Assembly (NCBI GenBank): GCA_030754805.1
Contig: JASLZO010000001.1
Span: 1-26,072 of the forward strand
Source of the DNA: Dehalococcoidia bacterium
Lineage (GTDB): Bacteria; Chloroflexota; Dehalococcoidia; UBA6926
Length of the DNA stretch: 26,072 nucleotides
Direction of reading: 5' to 3'
Below the pieces are notes generated by a model that was not told where the DNA came from, searched no databases, and saw only the letters and a list, made by a program, of their open reading frames with translations. The first letter of the stretch is position 1. Every line of letters starts with the position of its first letter. Made by a program: the position numbers and the translations under genes. This document shows, in pieces, positions 24,685 through 26,072 of this stretch.

Positions 24685-26072
24685 TGGAATCCTGGGTCAT
24701 CGTCTTGCTCGTGACGGTCGGGTACCTCGTGCTCTCCCTCGCCGTCGGCCTGGCGTCCGCCGGCAAGGCGTCCGCGGGATCCGAAGGCTACGTCGCCGGT
24801 GACCGCACCTTCGGGTTCCTGGTGATGTACTTCGTCATGGGCGCCTCGGTCTTCAGTGCGTTCACGTTTCTGGGCGGTCCCGGCTGGGCGTACTCGCGGG
24901 GCGCAGCCGCCTTCTACCTCCTGGGATTCCTCTCGATCGGCCTGGTGCCGACCTACTTCTTCGGCCCGCGCGTGGCCCGACTCGGACGCAAGTTCGGCTA
25001 CGTGACGCAAGCCCAGTTGTTCGCCCATCGCTACGAGAGCCGCTACATTCCACCGGTGCTCGCGCTCATCAGCCTGGTGGCGTTCGTGCCGTACCTGACG
25101 CTCCAGATGGAGGGCGCCGGCTACGTCTTCTCGGTGCTCACGGAAGGTCGGATGCCGGAGTGGGCGGGCGCTGGCGTCACCTACGGCGTCGTGCTAATCT
25201 ACGTCTTTCGCAGCGGCGTCATCGGCGTGGCCTGGACGAACACGTTCCAGGGGGTGCTGATGATGGCGCTCGCTTGGGGTCTGGGCCTCTATCTTCCTTA
25301 CAGGCTGCATGGTGGCATCGGCCCGATGTTCGCGCGTCTCGCCGACACGGTGCCGGCCATGCTCACCGTGCCTGGCCTCGATGCGGCCGGCGACCCGTGG
25401 ACGTGGGGCGCGTACTCGAGCTCGGTCGCCGTGTCTGCGTTCGGCTTCAGCGTCTGGCCGCACTACTTCATGAAGATCTACACTGCCCGCAGCATCCGCA
25501 CGTTGAAGCAGACGGTCGTCTTCTTCCCGACGTTCGGGTTCTTTCTGCTGCCGATCATGTTCATTGGGTTCTCGGGAGTACTCGCGTTTCCCGACGTCAC
25601 GCCGGCTGACACGATCCTGCCGACGATTGTGACCTCCATGGATCTCCCGCCGCTCGTCGTCGGTCTCTTCTGCGCCGGCGCACTGGCCGCGTCGATGTCG
25701 TCGGGCGATGCCATCGTCCACGCGGCGTCGGCCGTGGTGGTCAAGGACTTCTACAAGGTACTGGTGAGACCGGACATCGACGATCGGCGCGAGACCTGGC
25801 TGATCAAGGTGATGGTCGTCGTGATCGGCGCGGTGGCCTACTACTTCGCCATCTATTCCGAACTGTCGCTCGTGCTGCTCCTGCTGCTCTCGTACGGGGC
25901 GCTCGCGCAGATCTTCCCGGCGGTGCTGGCGGCGCTGTACTGGCGACGGTCGACACCGGCCGGCGTGCTCGGCGGCCTTCTCGCCGGGTGCCTCGTCACG
26001 CTCGTCTGGAACCTCTTTCCGGCGCTGCAGTGGCTGGACATTCACCCTGGCATTTGGGGGCTCGCCGTGAAC
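24684..26072 (+). CDS. Sodium:solute symporter (SSS) family protein 2, 3'-truncated by the window
   Basis: Open frame from ATG 24684 to the window end, absent from the track. Motifs EGYVAGDR, SAFTFLGGPGWAYSRG, SGVIGVAWTNTFQG and ALAASMSSGD. Confidence 0.9.
   Translation, partial: MESWVIVLLVTVGYLVLSLAVGLASAGKASAGSEGYVAGDRTFGFLVMYFVMGASVFSAFTFLGGPGWAYSRGAAAFYLLGFLSIGLVPTYFFGPRVARLGRKFGYVTQAQLFAHRYESRYIPPVLALISLVAFVPYLTLQMEGAGYVFSVLTEGRMPEWAGAGVTYGVVLIYVFRSGVIGVAWTNTFQGVLMMALAWGLGLYLPYRLHGGIGPMFARLADTVPAMLTVPGLDAAGDPWTWGAYSSSVAVSAFGFSVWPHYFMKIYTARSIRTLKQTVVFFPTFGFFLLPIMFIGFSGVLAFPDVTPADTILPTIVTSMDLPPLVVGLFCAGALAASMSSGDAIVHAASAVVVKDFYKVLVRPDIDDRRETWLIKVMVVVIGAVAYYFAIYSELSLVLLLLLSYGALAQIFPAVLAALYWRRSTPAGVLGGLLAGCLVTLVWNLFPALQWLDIHPGIWGLAVN

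Overview
A high-GC bacterial window packed with catabolic genes. No rRNA, tRNA, CRISPR array or mobile element is visible. Left block (+ strand, about 1-11214, no obvious internal promoter): the C-terminus of an HpaB-family flavin monooxygenase, a DesZ/LigB-type extradiol dioxygenase, a DUF3311 + sodium:solute symporter pair, two tandem cobalamin/2x[4Fe-4S] reductive-dehalogenase-family genes (catabolic NpRdhA/BhbA type, with no Tat leader, no RdhB anchor and no fused reductase), a non-canonical SdhA/AprA-family flavoprotein with an AprB-like ferredoxin, and a NitT/TauT-family ABC importer with two permeases. Middle (- strand): a benzoylformate-decarboxylase-like ThDP enzyme carrying a twin-arginine signal. 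Right block (+ strand, divergent from the ThDP gene): two complete xanthine-dehydrogenase-family molybdoenzyme gene sets (order L-M-S-M-S-L), an AroM-family protein with a racemase-like Cys pair, a dihydropyrimidinase/hydantoinase, a second amidohydrolase, and a second DUF3311 + symporter pair that runs off the window end. The best candidate for an undescribed system is the RdhA1-RdhA2-flavoprotein-ferredoxin-ABC module linked to aromatic ring cleavage. All family calls rest on motif recognition by eye, with no database search. Substrates and pathways are inference.
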